Of a stretch of 64,000 nucleotides of DNA, positions 30,472 to 42,100 are shown in pieces. The translations under genes and the position numbers were made by a program. The notes under the pieces were generated by a model, which was not told the origin of the DNA, did not search any database, and saw nothing but the letters and a program-made list of their open reading frames with translations. This DNA is from Candidatus Bipolaricaulota bacterium. GTDB taxonomy: Bacteria; Bipolaricaulota; Bipolaricaulia; M55B111. Each line of letters starts with the position of its first letter. Position 1 is the stretch's first letter. Location: positions 15,717-79,716 of the forward strand of contig JAIPHJ010000003.1 in NCBI GenBank assembly GCA_021735245.1, given 5' to 3'.

Positions 30472-32985
30472 ATGTCTAATATTGAATATAAATCTTTCAT
30501 CATTAATTTACTCGGTAAACCAGAAAGAAGAAATCAAGCTGAATGGACCTATAAATGTCCGTTTGAAGGAAGACACGAGGGCGGTGTGGACATTGATCCT
30601 TCATTCCACTTCAACGTTGATGAAGGTGTCTACCACTGCAAGGCTTGTTCTGCCCAAGGAAACGCCCTTGAACTCTATTCCAAACTGAAAAACTTGGAAA
30701 TTTCGGAGGCTAAAAGAGAACTGAACGAGAGATACAGGTTAGATTATGAAACCGAAGGGGCTCAAAAGCTAACTCTTGAAAGGTACGCCAGTTCGAAGAA
30801 TCTTCGAGAGGAACTACTGAAAAAGCTGGATGTACGGAACGGGGAAGGGGGAATAAAGATTCCCTACAAGAACACAGAGGGTGAAGAAGTTTCGGTAAGG
30901 ACGAGAACGAAGATGTACGGGGAGAATAAGTTCATCTGGAGGAGCGGGGACGAGACCACTCTTTACGGACTCTGGAGGAAAAATAATTATAATGCGGAAA
31001 AGCTAATACTATGCGAGGGTTCCTCCGATGCACATACACTCTGGCAACACTCTTATTCTGCTCTTGGCCTTCCTGGTATCGGCCACTTCAAGGAAGAGTG
31101 GGCCGAAAAGATCGAGGAGCTAAACCCAGGGAAGATAGTGATTATCCAGGAAGACGGGGCAAGGAGAGAAGTGCTGGAAATTGCCAAGACTTTGGATGAA
31201 TTGTCGGAAAGGGAAGTCAATATACTGTCTTTACCCATCGATGACGTATCGGATTTTTACCTAAAATCGCCCGACACCTTCAAAAAGAGGTTCGAAAAGC
31301 AGCTGAGCGAAGGGAACTTAGAAGAGGCGAACTTCTCCAGGGATAAGTTAAGAGCGGAATACCGCTGCCTTACCCAGAGTGGGCCGAAGTACAAAGGGGA
31401 GACTTTTCGGGTCCACTATCCATACCTCTTGGACGATAAATTGCGAAAGTACAAACACCAGGGAAGTAACCTAATAGATATTGCGAGTAGACCTATCTAT
31501 ATTGGCGAAAAGATAAAAGATCAGGTCGAGAAAGATAAGGAATACGTAACACTGGTATGGGAAAACGGAGGAATTAAATACCAAACTATTCCTCGGCAAA
31601 AAGCCTTTAACCACTACCAAAGCGGAATTCAGGAGCTTGCGAACTACGGAGCTCCAGTGAATTCCACGAATGCAAGAAATATAGTCGAATTCTTCGATAA
31701 CTTCGAATCCTGGAACCACAATAAGCTGTCTCCGATACCAGGCTCTTCCCAGTTCGGATGGGTCGACCTCGAAACTCTAACGTTTCTTATCGGTGAAGAA
31801 TCGATAGGTGGAGAATGCAGGTTTATAGCGAAAGGAGATGAGGAGAAACGGCTGGCCCGAGGTTATCAGGAAAGCGGAGAAAGGGCTGAGTGGGTCAAGT
31901 TATGGAACCAGCTGGAGACCCCACAAGCCAGATTCGCCGTCTCTTCGCTGTTTGCGTCTCCACTAATCGCTTTACTCAAAGAAAGACCAGCACTGCTTTA
32001 CATCTACGGGGAAAGCGGAATAGGGAAGACCGCAGCAATGAAACTGGGACTTTCCGCCTTCGGCAAACCTGAAGCGATTATGGATACTCCTTTCTCAACC
32101 CTTGTGGGTTTAGAGGAAAAGGCAGCCCTGCTGAATGACTTACCGCTAGCAGCGGACGAGAGGCAATCTTCTGGTGAGGGGGGCTTTCTTGAACAGTTCG
32201 TATATATGCTGTCGGGAGGCCAATCCAAAAGCCGAGGGAAGAAGGACGGTGGACTTCGAGTAAGCAAACGATGGAGATTGTTTGCAGTCATGACGGGAGA
32301 GGAGGATTTGACCACAAGCCAGCTAAAAGGCATTGAAAATAGAAGCCTCCAGCTTCATTTAACGGACTTGCTGGAAGAATCACTGGCCATAGAAATCCAT
32401 AAGAAAACGAAGACACATCACGGGCACGTCGGTAGAGAATACATCAGACACCTGATTAACAAAGGGCGAAAAGAAATCAGGGAAGATGCCAGAGAAATAT
32501 ACGAGGTACTTTACGAAGACGTCAATATGCCTGGCGGAAAGCTCACCATCCTGAAACTCATAACTCTGGCTGAAAAACTACTACTGGAAACCCTGTCGAA
32601 AGATGATGCCAGAGACGTGGCTCTGAACGACGCCCGTACCGTTACTTCCAACCTAAGCCAGCAGGAAGGAAAGACGATGGCCGAACGGGGAAGAGAGTTC
32701 ATCTTTAACAAAGTAGATGAGTACGATTCCGACGAAGGTTCAAACTCCATAAGGCGGAAGGAAGATGAACTCTGGATCAAGTCGGACATGTTCAAGGATT
32801 GGATTAGAAATGGAGACTTTACCAAGAACAGACTCCTTAACGACTTCGAGGCTAAGGGGTGGATTAAAAAGAGGGGTAGCTCTGGTTACACGATCAAAGA
32901 CAGGGTCGACGGCAGTCAGATTTATTTCTACATATTCGACCTTGATGAGATGGAGGATGAAGATGAGGTAGATATTCCGTTTTAG
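30472..32985 (+). CDS. bifunctional primase-helicase (CHC2 zinc finger + Toprim + DUF927/D5-like P-loop helicase)
   Basis: YKCPFEGRHEGG...YHCKACSAQGN (CHC2 Zn finger), LILCEGSSDAHTLW (Toprim Glu), IYGESGIGKTAAMK (Walker A), LAADE (Walker B-like). Confidence 0.85.
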   Translation: MSNIEYKSFIINLLGKPERRNQAEWTYKCPFEGRHEGGVDIDPSFHFNVDEGVYHCKACSAQGNALELYSKLKNLEISEAKRELNERYRLDYETEGAQKLTLERYASSKNLREELLKKLDVRNGEGGIKIPYKNTEGEEVSVRTRTKMYGENKFIWRSGDETTLYGLWRKNNYNAEKLILCEGSSDAHTLWQHSYSALGLPGIGHFKEEWAEKIEELNPGKIVIIQEDGARREVLEIAKTLDELSEREVNILSLPIDDVSDFYLKSPDTFKKRFEKQLSEGNLEEANFSRDKLRAEYRCLTQSGPKYKGETFRVHYPYLLDDKLRKYKHQGSNLIDIASRPIYIGEKIKDQVEKDKEYVTLVWENGGIKYQTIPRQKAFNHYQSGIQELANYGAPVNSTNARNIVEFFDNFESWNHNKLSPIPGSSQFGWVDLETLTFLIGEESIGGECRFIAKGDEEKRLARGYQESGERAEWVKLWNQLETPQARFAVSSLFASPLIALLKERPALLYIYGESGIGKTAAMKLGLSAFGKPEAIMDTPFSTLVGLEEKAALLNDLPLAADERQSSGEGGFLEQFVYMLSGGQSKSRGKKDGGLRVSKRWRLFAVMTGEEDLTTSQLKGIENRSLQLHLTDLLEESLAIEIHKKTKTHHGHVGREYIRHLINKGRKEIREDAREIYEVLYEDVNMPGGKLTILKLITLAEKLLLETLSKDDARDVALNDARTVTSNLSQQEGKTMAERGREFIFNKVDEYDSDEGSNSIRRKEDELWIKSDMFKDWIRNGDFTKNRLLNDFEAKGWIKKRGSSGYTIKDRVDGSQIYFYIFDLDEMEDEDEVDIPF

Positions 32986-33169
32986 TTCAGCAGAAATGAA
33001 CCACATTAAAAGCAGTTGGAGACTGTATTACGGGTGGGTGGTTCAGGAGGTTCACGTACATAGGGATAAGGCTAAGAGGGGTAATAGGTATCTTTAATAT
33101 ATTTATTACTCTGATAATCTAGTTATTAATGAAATACTGAACCATTCCCTCCCAGTTAACCTTATATCG

Positions 33170-33240
33170 GTAAAGTTCAGTGGTTCAGCTTTGGTTCAGC
33201 TGGTTCATTACGGGGATCAGGATGAACCGTTCAAGGTAGA
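33170..33240 (+). repeat. cluster of (G/A)GTTCA iteron-like repeats
   Basis: AGTTCA 33174, GGTTCA 33182, 33193 and 33202 (9-11 bp phasing), inverted TGAACC 33223. Further copies at 32984, 32997, 33040, 33049 and 33138. Confidence 0.5.
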
Positions 33241-33410
33241 AGTTGGCATCTGTTGAGAAAGAAAGAAGTTCTATAAATAGAATTCTACTCCCACCCTCAG
33301 ACCTTACGTTGGGACAACACTGGACGGGCTGGGTGGAGAGAGTAACTAATTAGATAAATATATTTAAATTAATAATTCAAATATATCTAAAATTAGGAGG
33401 ATATATAATT

Positions 33411-34418
33411 ATGCAGACAGCAATATTAACATATAAATCTAGCCTCAAAAATTTAGGTAATAACGGTAGAAACAGCAAAACCAATGCTGGGCGAGATTCT
33501 GACTATTGTGATTTGTCATTGAGAGAAGCAATTAATGAATTTATCCGAGCAAAAAGGATTGCGAATCTCTCGGAGGCAACATTTAACATCTACGATTATG
33601 TTTTTGATGAGTTCACCGATTTCTGGAGCGATGATTTAAGTGTCGGAGCTTTTGATAAGGAGGATTTCAGGAGATATCTAGCAGAACTTCAAAGAAGGGA
33701 CATCAAACAAAGCACTGTCTCCATACATTACCGTAATTTGAACACTTTATTCAACTGGCTAGTTTCAGAAGACTATTTGGAGGAAAACCTGCTTAATGAA
33801 GTACCTGAGCCTAAAACCGAAGATACGAATCCAAATGTTCTAAGCGAAGACCAAGTAGACACGCTTCTGAAAACCGCAAAAACTGAAGTAAATCGGTGGA
33901 CTGGTCAACGTAACTACGTGATGTTGCTAATGTTCGTTGAAACTGGACTGCGGGTAAGTGAATTGATCTCGGCAAAAATTTCCAAATATAAACCCTCTGA
34001 GCACGAACTTACCGTATGCGGTAAAGGGAGGAAAGAAAGAATAGTTTCTTGGGGAAGCAAGGTTGCTAAACCTTTTAGGAAATGGTTAGATAGGAGAGAC
34101 GAACTCGACAAGATATATGATGACACGATATTTATTTCAGAGAACGGGGAAAAGCTAAAACGGAGAAATGTTCAGAGAATAGTTACTAGAATCCAAGAAA
34201 AAGCGGGTTTAGGGGATGAAAAGGTATCGCCTCACTGCCTTAGGAGGACCTCAGCGACTCTTGCTGCCAAGTATGGGATGAGAGAGCGTGATTTAAAAAA
34301 AGTTTTTGGCTGGTCCAAGTCAGTGACGGCGGAAAGATACGTTAACCTCTCAGGAAGGGACGTAAAAGATGCTTATGAGGAAAGCTCACCGATTGACAAT
34401 TTGTGGGGAAATGATTAA
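33411..34418 (+). CDS. tyrosine integrase (int2), paralog of int1/int3
   Basis: AGGAGG RBS. ETGLRVSE, TIFISENGEKLKRRNVQRIVTRIQEKAGL, SPHCLRRTSATLA, ERYVN. Confidence 0.9.
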   Translation: MQTAILTYKSSLKNLGNNGRNSKTNAGRDSDYCDLSLREAINEFIRAKRIANLSEATFNIYDYVFDEFTDFWSDDLSVGAFDKEDFRRYLAELQRRDIKQSTVSIHYRNLNTLFNWLVSEDYLEENLLNEVPEPKTEDTNPNVLSEDQVDTLLKTAKTEVNRWTGQRNYVMLLMFVETGLRVSELISAKISKYKPSEHELTVCGKGRKERIVSWGSKVAKPFRKWLDRRDELDKIYDDTIFISENGEKLKRRNVQRIVTRIQEKAGLGDEKVSPHCLRRTSATLAAKYGMRERDLKKVFGWSKSVTAERYVNLSGRDVKDAYEESSPIDNLWGND

Positions 34419-34529
34419 TATTAACCACACTATTCGTTAGAGATAGTGGAGGTGAACAGACACGCAGGCGAATGTTAGGAGTATTTAAAAAGACCCTGTT
34501 CGCCTTATCGCCCTGTAAAAGGGGCTTTT

Positions 34530-34570
34530 ATGGGTGGTTAGCTCAGCTCGGGAGAGCGCTTGCTTGACGT
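34530..34570 (+). repeat. right copy of the 41-nt direct repeat (inside the intact tRNA-Val)
   Basis: Identical to 13118-13158. Confidence 0.85.
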
Positions 34571-34608
34571 GCAAGAGGCCGCTGGTTCAAGTCCAGCACC
34601 ACCCACCA
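34532..34608 (+). tRNA. tRNA-Val (GAC), CCA encoded
   Basis: Hand-folded: acceptor gggtggt/accaccc, D-arm gctc-agctcggga-gagc, anticodon stem cttgc/gcaag with loop ttGACgt, T-arm gctgg-ttcaagt-ccagc, then discriminator A and CCA. Confidence 0.92.
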
Positions 34609-34680
34609 AGCTCACCTTAATCCCCGGCAGTCGGGGCAAATAGCGCTTAAAAAATTTTCTGCTTGCTTCCGAATATTTAC

Positions 34681-35679
34681 ATGAACTGGCGCAAGCAAGC
34701 GTACGGGTCCCCCCCTAAAAATCACGATTTTTCAGACGAGAGGGAAGGCAAAAAAGCGATCCCTCAGCTTAGGCAAGATGCCACCCTAGATGAGGCTGTG
34801 GAAGATTTTACACTTATGGCTAAGGTAGAAGGTCGGGCTGACCAGACTTTAAAACTCTACGACTACGTGTTTGAAAACTTCTCGGAAGCTGTGGGCGAGA
34901 AAACCCAAATTGGGGATATTGAAAAGAGGGATGTTAGAAAGTACCTCGCCAATCTGATGGACGACGGATTGAAGAATACATCTGTCGCAATACACCACCG
35001 GGTACTGAATGCGTTTTTCACTTGGCTCGTAGATGATTCTTACATAAATAAGTCCCCAACAGAAGATGTAAAGGAGCCGAAAACTCCAAGCAAGTTCCCG
35101 AAGTGTCTGGACGAGGAGCAAGTCGATGAACTCCTTGAGGCCGCGCGGAGCAGGAAACGTGAGTGGTCCGGCTACCGCAACTACGCCATGCTTATCGTCT
35201 TCCTCGATACCGGTCTCCGGTTGGACGAATTTGTAAATGCTACCCTGGAAGACCTGGACATGAAGAGGAGGTCAATTAAAGTCCATGGAAAGGGAGCAAA
35301 GGATAGGAAAGTCTTCTTCGGAAAGAGGACATTCAACTGCCTCCGGCACTGGCTGAGGATACGGGAAAAAGTTGACAAAGTCTGGGACGATACCATATTT
35401 ATCTCCCAGAACGGTGACAAACTTAAGAAGAGGAATGTTCAGAGACTAATCACGAGAATCCAAGATAGGGCAGGCCTGGAAGATGTTCAGGTTTCACCCC
35501 ACGTTCTAAGGCACACAGCGGCCACTTTTGCGGTTCAAAACGGACTGGACGCATTCTCCCTCAAGCGGCAGTTTGGATGGGAACAAATGAGGACTGCGCT
35601 GCGCTATGTCCATATGAGTGACAAAGCCTTACAGGAGTCCTATAATAACTCTTCACCGATGGATAATTTTGAAAGCTAA
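34681..35679 (+). CDS. tyrosine integrase (int3), close paralog of int1
   Basis: Start set at ATG 34681 (the track ORF begins at a TTG at 34663). DTGLRLDE, TIFISQNGDKLKKRNVQRLITRIQDRAGLED, SPHVLRHTAATFA, LRYVH. Long identical strings shared with int1. Confidence 0.9.
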   Translation: MNWRKQAYGSPPKNHDFSDEREGKKAIPQLRQDATLDEAVEDFTLMAKVEGRADQTLKLYDYVFENFSEAVGEKTQIGDIEKRDVRKYLANLMDDGLKNTSVAIHHRVLNAFFTWLVDDSYINKSPTEDVKEPKTPSKFPKCLDEEQVDELLEAARSRKREWSGYRNYAMLIVFLDTGLRLDEFVNATLEDLDMKRRSIKVHGKGAKDRKVFFGKRTFNCLRHWLRIREKVDKVWDDTIFISQNGDKLKKRNVQRLITRIQDRAGLEDVQVSPHVLRHTAATFAVQNGLDAFSLKRQFGWEQMRTALRYVHMSDKALQESYNNSSPMDNFES

Positions 35680-35728
35680 TCTGTTTAAGAGCTTTCAATC
35701 ATCGAGCAGGAGATTGAGAACGTAAACG

Positions 35729-35756
35729 AGAGGTGTTAAAAAGCACCTCTTTTTTT
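35729..35756 (+). terminator. Rho-independent terminator after int3
   Basis: agaggtg-ttaaaaag-cacctct followed by TTTTTT. Confidence 0.8.
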
Positions 35757-35952
35757 GCTCCAAAAAGCCCCCGGACCTCTTTTAACCATGCTAGGGACTA
35801 CTTTAGCAATCCAGCGGACTGAATCTTCGGGGTAAAAACCCCCGGCGAGGTTTTTTACCCTACTAAACTACCCCCTATAAAAAAGGACCGCCCGCTTTAC
35901 CCCCTGAAGCACAAAGTCCTTACCAGGAGGTACAGACTTTGGCTTCTTCCCC
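35729..35952 (+). ncRNA. structured non-coding module, copy A (function unknown)
   Basis: Paralogous to 45767-45994. Conserved hairpins at 35809-35824, 35830-35860 and 35912-35941; no ORF. Confidence 0.45.
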
Positions 35953-36185
35953 AAAGAGGAGGAAATAAACAACCAAAGTTGAAATCACCCAAAAGTCTAT
36001 GCTGGAGGAGAAAAAGAAAAAAATCGATCGAAAATTGAAAGTGTTGGCGAAGGTATTTTTGGCAATAATTTTTCGCAAAAAACTGGGTACTTGAAAAATG
36101 GAAGTTTCACTTGAGATAAATTAAGGAAAGATTAACCTCAACTATGCAGACATTTATAAACACTTAAAAGTTCAGGTTAGAAATC

Positions 36186-39100
36186 ATGAGTTTACAAGGA
36201 GCCCGAAAGGGTTATTTATATCAAGATCTAATAGTCGCAACCCAACTTGTTGATGTTATATTGGGCGAAACAGATAAAGTGTGGGTTGATGAGAAAAAAA
36301 CTAACCCGGACAAATTTGATGATTTTGCCTCAAGGTCTATCCAGGATGATCATGAGCTAATTCAAATAAAACATACTGATCAAGATAAAAGATTACTGGA
36401 ATTACAAGATTTTAATAATAGTGATAATAGTGACCCTTATTTAGAAGATTTATTATCAACTGCAATTGCTTATAAAGAAGGTCCGGGGGCTGATGCATCT
36501 AATATTACTTTTCGTTATTTCGCTAACTATGGAGAACCAAAAGAAAAAATCAAGCAACTTTTATCGGAACCGGGAGAGTCTCTTCCTCCTCTTCTTTCTG
36601 GTGACCAAACTAGGCGTTTTAAATTCGATGTTAACACTCTTTGGTCATTTATTGGCCAGGAGGGTGATATTAAGGATCATTTTGGCTCCTTACGTGAAAA
36701 TTTTGACGAGGAAGACGTAAAGTGGTTTTTAAAGAGGTTTGTAATTGAAGTGGGCGCCCCTGAAGCTAGTTTCGATTCAAGAAAACCAGGAGAGCTCGAA
36801 GGATTGCTGATTAACCGGCTAAAACAAGAAGTTGGTGCGGGCTCTTATCCAAATACACATCGCGACCCGATTGACGTCGCCGCAGCACTAATTGAAACTG
36901 CTAAAGGAGCAAGGGTAGGGGAAGTCCATATTACTCGTCAAGAGTTACTAAAAAGTACGAGATTGCAGAGTGACTTTGGTTCTGTCTCTAAAGCTAATCC
37001 GGTAAACAAGAACATTGAAGTTACTCGGACTGAAGCTACTGAAGAGGTTATCAGCAAATCTGAACTAGCTGCAGATAACGGTATACCTCTCCTTATAACT
37101 GGTCCACCTGGCCACGGGAAATCGTGGATCATGAAGCAAGTATCAAAAAATTTAGATAATCAATGTTGGGATGTAGTGGAGCATTATTGTTATATTGAAG
37201 GTTCAGAACAAGAACGGGAGGCTCGGGTAAAAACTAGTTCGATAATAGGGAGCTTCATTAAAAGGCTTGAAGAGAAGTTTCCAAATGTCGTAGAGGAGAA
37301 ACGCCCGCGGTATGCTGCTACAGTTGAAAAATTAGAAAACATTTTACAGGGAATTTTAACAAAATATCCGGAAAAGAGTATAGCGGTTATAGTTGACGGG
37401 TTAGATCACGCTACTAGGGTTCGTGGCAGGAACACAAATGAATTAGATCCTGCCAGAATAATTGCTAATAATTTAGCAAAAATTGATCTGCCCCTGAACA
37501 CTACTCTGATAGTAGCTAGTCAACCGGGAGAACACCTTGAACCATTGAGGGAACTGGAGGCAATAGAAATGGAGGCACCACCTTTTTCCCGGGAAGACTT
37601 AAAAGAGCTTGCTCAAGCATTGGGAGTTTTACAAAAGACGAGTGAAGCTTCAAAACCAACGCAAAGCCTAATAGAACCTGAGAATGACAGCCTTCAAAGA
37701 GATTTTTTCGATGCCTTAGAAGAGCGTTCGGCAGGGAATGCTCTTTACGCTACTTACCTTTGCCAAGAACTACTTGGTTCTTCGAAAGCCCAGATAGACC
37801 CCGTCCAGATTATCTGGGATCTGCCCGAGTTTGATGAGAACCTCGAAGGTTATTATGAATATTTATATACTAAGTTAGGGGAAAGTCATGTTGCAGAACT
37901 TTTAGGCTTAGTAGAATTCACAATTACAAAAGACGAAATTGCGGACATTAAAAATATCCGACCCGAATTCATAGGGAATGTTCTTACAACACTTAGACCG
38001 GTTCTAAAGGAAACTCAAAGTGGGTACGGAGTTTATCACGAATCATTCTCCCGATATTTAACAAAAAAACTTGAGAAAAACCCCGAAATAAAAGCTGGTT
38101 TACTCGATGAAGTAATTGATTGGTTAACTGGTATAGGGTTGTTTACGGATGGACGTGCATACCGGTTCTTGCTACCTACAAAAGCTAAAGCAGGTTACGA
38201 CCAAGAAGTTGTTAAACAAGTTGACAAAGATTTTCTTGTAAACTCAGTAGAAGCTGGTTTTATGCCTTCAGCTATTATTAAAAACATTGAAACTGCAAGT
38301 AAGTGTGCTGGAAACACGGGTAATTGGCCAGCTTTAGCAAGATTTGTTGAACTGTCCAAAGCTGCAGCAAGCTACGAATACGAAAGAATTGATATCCTTA
38401 TAGAATTTTTTGATGTATTAACTGAGCAGATTGAAGCAGATAAGGTAGCCGAACGCTTGCTTTTTGGTGGGAAAACTACTGTTCCCTCTAGAGAAGGGTT
38501 ACAGCTTTGTAAAAAGGTGGATGAACACGGGGTGGTGGCTCCTTGGGAAAAGTACATAGATATTTATGAAAAGGAGCAAGAGGAAAATAACACGTCTTAT
38601 GGAGAAGCTTCCGAAAAGCGAGTTGCATTAGCATATCTCCGGGGGAAGTTAAGAACTATTTTGGACAAAGCTTCTGAAATAAGGAAGACTGATGAGGATG
38701 GTCCCGAGGTTATTTTCCTTGTTTCTGGGGATAATTTAATAGAACCAGATGATAAAACGATAAATGAGCAGTTAGAAAAGGAAAAGATTTTTAGCCTGGA
38801 TAGACTTGCTGATTGGATAAATAATAACGACGGTTTGCCTGCGGATGAAATAGTTGGGACCGTCTGGGATGTAATTGGCCCACCTGTTTTACCTGAGTTA
38901 TTTGACCTACTTCAAGATCCTTTCACGTATAAACTGGCGTTTGCAGAGAAAGTAGATTCTGAGAATCCAACCTCGATAGAACCTTCAGCAACGGGCATTG
39001 CTTGCTCGGTAGCTGAGGGCTCCATACCAACCGGAAGTGTAAACAGGCTTTTCGAAATGAATGTCCCTTTAAAAAAGATTTCCTCTGGTGAAGACGAAGA

Positions 39101-42100
39101 CCTACAAAATCCACTAATTGAAAAAACCAAAAACCTCCAGGAAGAAAATGCGCACCTTGAACCTGAAAGAATTAAAGACTGGCTGGACATATGCAAGATC
39201 AATGCAAGACTCGACCCTTCTGGAATAGACGAAGCGAAAAGTATTCTATCCGGAGAAGGTTGGTACCCTTGTTGGTTAAGTTTTGTGCTAGACCTTTGTA
39301 AAGCTGAAGAGAAAGAAGACAATAATGAAAAGTCTAAGGCAGCTTTAGAGGCACTGAATATATTGACTCAAGATGTAAGGCCTTTTGCCGGAAGCCCTAG
39401 GGCAAGTGACCTACACTCTATTCGGGGAATTATCAAATCGACCATTGGTCGTGCTCTACAACTTATAGAAGATGAAGAATGGTCTCCCGCTTTAGAGGTA
39501 CTTAAAACAATTGGCAAGAGACTCGGTCTCAAATTACGAGGAGCAATGGCGGGCCCAGTACGGATAGATTCACTACTTGAACTAATAATCAATAATAATA
39601 ATTCTGCTCGCCAAGAAACTAGTATGGCATATTTAGATTCCATTATATCAGAGCATTCGGAAGAACAATATTACGGGAATTTAGCACGCTTTCACCTTTT
39701 TAGAGCTAGACTTGCAATGGCAGGAAACGATTCTGCCAAGGTGGAAGAAGAATGGAACAGTGCCTGTGAGTTGTTTACTTCTTACCGTTTTCATAAGGAT
39801 ACTACTATTTTTGAATTACTTGAACCACTACCTTCGCTAATAAATGAGGATGAACTTCATTCCCGTGTTCTACTTGAAAAAACCCAGTCACTTTGTCTAC
39901 GAGCACTGAACCATTCCGACGGCAAGGAAACGAATGGCGCCCTTCCAAAATGGTGGAAGTTACTCGCAGAGGCTGACCCTCTTGGTTTGGTTCAAATTAT
40001 TGGTCCAGAGTTGCTAGATGATTGTAATATGCCGCAAGAAAGATTAGATAAAACACGACTGGATTTGTGGCGCGCCCACCGCCAAAAAGTAAACCCTTTG
40101 GTTGCCGGGGCATTAAGGCTTACCCTAATGTCTGGTCTTGAAAAAGAGGATCCGGATTTAATGGAACGGCTGCTCAATAGTTTAGATGATGAAAATAATA
40201 CGAGATTTCTGGCTAAAGCACTCTTATCTAGAGTGGATGAGCGACCACTTCAATACTCTAATTCTGGAAGCAATGAATTGTTAAAGAAGGACTCTCAATA
40301 TGTACAGCAGTTGAATGAACTTGCTGAGAAAAACAATATTCGAACACTCAACCACAATCGCCTGTCAAATTTATCCCAGAATACTAGGAAAAATAAGTTT
40401 GGAAGATCCCCGGAGAAGCAATCTACCCAAGAATTCCTAGACAGCAAAATTATTAGAAGTTTTGGCAAAGGAAAAACTGGGCTTCGTGAAATTATCAGAA
40501 CTTGGCATAATTCGACTATCAATAACTCTGGATCAAAGTGGGCCGTAGATAGGTTTGTAAATCTCATTGGCTACCGGATGCATGAGCTTATCGAAAAAGA
40601 CATGGTAGACGAGGTAAGAACTGCTATTCGAAGGTTAGCTTCTATCAACTACTCAGATTCTAAAGACATGGAGCTTCTATCTAAACTAGGGAAAGGTTTC
40701 GAGAGATTGGGAAGGGAAGATCTGACCGCTCTCACCTACACCCTAAGATGGACCAGAGCAAGAGGTGGAGGTGGTTGGCTTACGTTCGGAGGAAAAGAAG
40801 GCCTAGACGATCTCTCTAAAGCAGCTTCGATTAATTCTGATCTAACCTTGCATTTAGTTGCTGAGGAAGTTGGCCGGGCCATTGCAAGTGATCCTATTGC
40901 CGTAAACGGAATTTCACAAGCACTCATTTTCGCATTTGCGCACATTGATTTTGGTGAGTTATTTACAAGTTCGTCTGTTGAAATCGCGTTTGATTGCTGG
41001 GAAGAAGCATTTTCGATAATTGACTCGCGATTACCTCGAGTAGGAGACCGAGATGACCCATCACCGAAATATGAAAATTTAACTCAATTACCTCCAAGGG
41101 AAAGTTATTTTCCTAAAGAGATGGTGAGGTCAATAGCTCAAAACGAAGGAAAAGTTTCCCGCCAGATAGAATTTAATAAAATTCTTTCTGCTGCTACCGT
41201 TGCTGGTCTTGCGCATCCGGGTAGAGAGCAAAAGCGTCGTTCTCTAATTGCCATAAGTATGTTGCTGGAAGAAAGCCCCGAGTCAATCGCTAGTGGTATC
41301 AAAATGAGCCTCGATACAATTTCCGATTGTTCAACATTGTCCTGGCTTTTAAGTTATTTGAAACAATTAAATTGCAATTTGGAACCCGTATTAAGGCACT
41401 GTAAACCCGAGCTAAGAGCTCTACTTAAATCAAATAAATTAACAGTGCGAGTTCTTGCGAGGAAGCTGCTAAAAACAATTCAAGACGATCTTCCCTCGCC
41501 TCCAGCAACAGAACCAGCAGGGAAGTTGTTTAGACATTCCAGCAGCCTTGTTTCAAGATTTGGAAAAACTGATAGTGAAGTGAAGCAGGATGCCAAAGAA
41601 GAGCATGTAAAGATAGCAAAATCAATTGTAAAAGAATTCGCAGAAAGTAGAATCGCGAAAGCCGAACAGTTAGTCCCAAATTTACGGAGGGAGGTCATGA
41701 ATCAGCTTGTTGCAAGGGTTTCCTCTGATATTTTCCAGGAAAGGTTTCAAGCGCAAATCGACGCCCTCTCCTCTGGAAATAAAAACAGTTTGCCTAATGC
41801 GATATTAGAAGACTTTGAGACTACGGAAGAAATTTTACAAAGGCTTGCGGCAGGGGCACGTATTGAGAAGGCACAAAAAGGTAAAATAATTAAAGACGCC
41901 ACTTCTTGGGAAGACCGTCTTGCGCAAACAATTCTAGATTCACCCAGTTTACCCCTTAAAATTGAAAAAACACGTAGACCAAGGCCAGAGAAACCAATTC
42001 CCCCGGATAAAGGTGCTAAAGTGTGGCAGGTAGCGGAGGAGTCCGCAATAACCGGACAGTACAAGGAAAAAGAATCCATCGTGGATTCTTCAATTTATAA

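Larger units (their letters stand above)
13118..34570. mobile_element. integrated genomic island 1 at tRNA-Val (~21.5 kb, possibly composite)
   Basis: Bounded by the exact 41-nt direct repeat. Contains three tyrosine recombinases, an XRE switch and a primase-helicase. Looks more AT-rich by eye than the flanking core. Confidence 0.8.

Noticed and set aside
33031-33046. gggtgggtggttcagg, resembling the 5' end of tRNA-Val (gggtggtt), considered as a third att copy next to int2
   Set aside because: Only 8 nt match, then the sequences diverge. The local GGTTCA repeat field explains the similarity better.
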